DNA of 63,796 bases, the filler included, from Hausera hauseri (taxonomy: Eukaryota), in the NCBI GenBank assembly GCA_046269625.1. It is 11 parts of 11 records of this genome, joined end to end, with 100 filler letters (N's around TTAATTAATTAA, not from the genome) between each part and the next. Parts side by side here need not be neighbours in the genome. Positions count along the whole stretch, not along the records: positions 59,499 to 63,796 come from JBJURY010649663.1; 10 more parts are not named here. One strand, written 5' to 3'. Both the position numbers and the translations under genes were made by a program. Of the stretch, positions 61,871 to 63,796 are shown one piece after another; position 1 is the stretch's first letter; each line of letters begins with the position of its first letter. The notes under the pieces were generated by a model. It saw only the letters and a program-made list of their open reading frames with translations. It was not told the DNA's origin and did no database searches.

Positions 61871-62869
61871 TTCACTATCTTCTTTGTCCCAATCGTCTCT
61901 ATCTAAATCGACTTGAATGATCAGTTCGATGGGTTCAAATACAAGGCCATCTGTATCTTGATATAGGTACCCGTGAATTACCTTCTGTTTAGGGTTTATT
62001 GAACTTTTACGCGGATCAGTCTACCTGAATCAGGGTCCAATCCGTTATAAGGTCCTTATCTAGATCAAGAATCCTCCCTTCTATTTTATATTTCTAATAT
62101 TGTTTCTTCAGCAATATTCGGATTTGCTTGTCTACGGGAACTATTATCTTCCCTGTCCTTTTTGAACGAAAGATTGAGGTAAGATAAGTTCCAAGTTTAG
62201 TATTTTCCCATACATAGGTGTTTTTAAAGACCTCTCTGGCCGGGGCAAGTTTGATGAAGAACATGGCTTCCTTTATTATCTTTTTACTGTAATATTCGGT
62301 AGTTACCAACATTCTGGGAAAATCTTGGGCTGTTCTACAGCGTATGTCTTCTTTATTTATTTTTCCTATTAGGGCGTTGATTTCCGTTATTGTGGGACTC
62401 CTAATTCCCCTTTTAAACGGTTCTACGTTCTGTGAGGTACTTGGCTTGTTTTGTTGGTTCTCCACTGTTTCTCTCTCGTCTTCTCTTTTCTTTTTAAATA
62501 AATAGTTATAAATGGATAACGTTTTCTTGGGCTGGGGTTTTTCTTCTATCTTAAGCTTTTATTTTATTGTTTTAATTATTATTATATTATTGTTTTATTT
62601 ATTGTTTTAATTATTGTTCCTCCAGAGACTTTGATGTTCCTTCTAATGTTTTATCTTTCTCTTTAATCGTTTGTACTTCTGTTTTACTTCCTCGTTCTCT
62701 TTTTGGTTCTGGTATTGTAATTCTGAAACTATGTTTGTCTGTTTGCTGAACAGTTCTGATAGAAGAATAAGGTTTGAAGATTTTTCTATATTTGAGGTTT
62801 ATTTGTTCAGGGTTCAAGGAACTTCGTAAATTGTATGTAGGATTTCTAGGGGCCCATTCGTGTTCCCAT

Positions 62870-63345
62870 TTCAATGTTCTATAAATTTCCTGTAAATACT
62901 TGGAATGCTGACTGGCTGTTAGGACCATTAGTTTAAAGAAAATTTCTGATGCGGTCGGTCGATTCCTTCCTTGTACGGTTTCCTCCATTCGTTCTTGGAC
63001 CATTGGATTAGTGGCTATTTCCCTAAGTCAGGCAATATTTGCATAGGATATTTCTACTAGCTCAATCTCTGGTCGTACATTGTAATTAGCTATCATACAG
63101 CCATAAAGACAATAGTCTAACTCTAAACGAACTTGCTGGATATCTGTCCCTCTTATAAGTTGGTCCTTTCGTAACTCAGTCACCGCTGCATATGATTCTT
63201 GGACATGCTTCCGGGGGTTTATGACGGTTGAATATATTTCATTTCCTTCTCTTTCTCTAATAGATATCTCGATGGGTATCCCATAGCCATCGGCTCCTTT
63301 GCCGCAATTTATTACTAAGATTCTTACATTACGTCCATCTTGAAG
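62870..63345 (-). pseudogene. Rex4/ISG20-like DEDDh exonuclease fold lacking catalytic residues
   Basis: ILVINCGKG..PIEISIREREGNEIYSTVINPRKHV..VTELRKDQLIRGTDIQQVRLELDYCLYGCMIANYNVRPEIELV..LREIA follows the ALDCE..RVSIV..G..IYD.YVKP..VSGI..GH.L..DL..IRDT pattern. Confidence 0.6.
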
Positions 63346-63796
63346 TAGCTAAATTATTGCTTATGTTCGTCCTTTTTTACCTCTGTCGGAGTCTGTTCAA
63401 AATCCAGAACCGACAAACCTACGTTGCGGTTCTTTTTATATGTCACTTCGAACATAAGTTTAACAGGAAGGGCTGCTACTCTAAATTCTATGTCATAACC
63501 GATACTTTCCAAGCCCTGTCCGCTTATTTTGAATGTGCTAAATCGGTATTGGCGTTCTTCATTACAGTTCCATTGCTGTTTTTTTATTCTGTAGTACACC
63601 TCGCCATCCGCTAGATGGATAAATATATCTTCCACTTGGGTGACTTTATTCTGGATCATTCCTTTAAAGCTATACGACTTAGCTTGATTGTCCTCGCGCA
63701 TTGCGTGTAAGAAAACTGTGCTATTTTCTTCGGTTGTATCCTCTAAGTCATTGGGTATTTCGTCTACTTTCCGATACTCGACGTACATTTCTGTCT

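Larger units (their letters stand above)
61500..63796 (-). pseudogene. C-terminal part of a decayed long polyprotein: unknown domain, inactive DEDDh exonuclease fold, linker, RING-H2
   Basis: Chain of minus-strand ORFs with A-rich coding strand and no introns seen; domains at about 63345-62870 and 61870-61734 were recovered by manual translation. Confidence 0.75.

Overview
This window is not one locus. It is 11 eukaryotic contigs (C1 1-4443, C2 4544-12648, C3 12749-17865, C4 17966-22418, C5 22519-32632, C6 32733-40531, C7 40632-45252, C8 45353-49803, C9 49904-54014, C10 54115-59398, C11 59499-63796) joined by artificial N44-TTAATTAATTAA-N44 spacers. They probably come from several animals: C9 looks teleost, C4 and C7 look gastropod-like, and C1/2/3/6/8/10/11 look like an AT-rich invertebrate with 40-45 nt introns (host assignments are inference). 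I saw no prokaryotic genes, rRNA, tRNA or CRISPR. Most content is decayed mobile DNA: Gypsy pol in C2, C6 and C8, Polinton/Maverick pPolB in C3 and C6, an IS3EU-like spliced transposase, RTE fragments, SINEs, a MITE and minimal hammerhead motifs. Host genes are an intronless GPCR and two exons of a GMC oxidoreductase. Best candidate for a new system: a Polinton-like family whose terminal repeat is shared by C3, C6 and C10. One arm leads into pPolB; the other carries two divergent, miniaturised TATA-binding-protein (TBP)-like genes, and both arms use an ATG|GT mini-intron gene structure. Second: fragments of very long decayed polyproteins that the ORF track misses. C1 has two internally duplicated unknown domains and repeated TM/signal-peptidase-like modules; C11 has an inactivated DEDDh exonuclease fold plus a RING-H2. 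All alignments were made by eye and no database searches were run.
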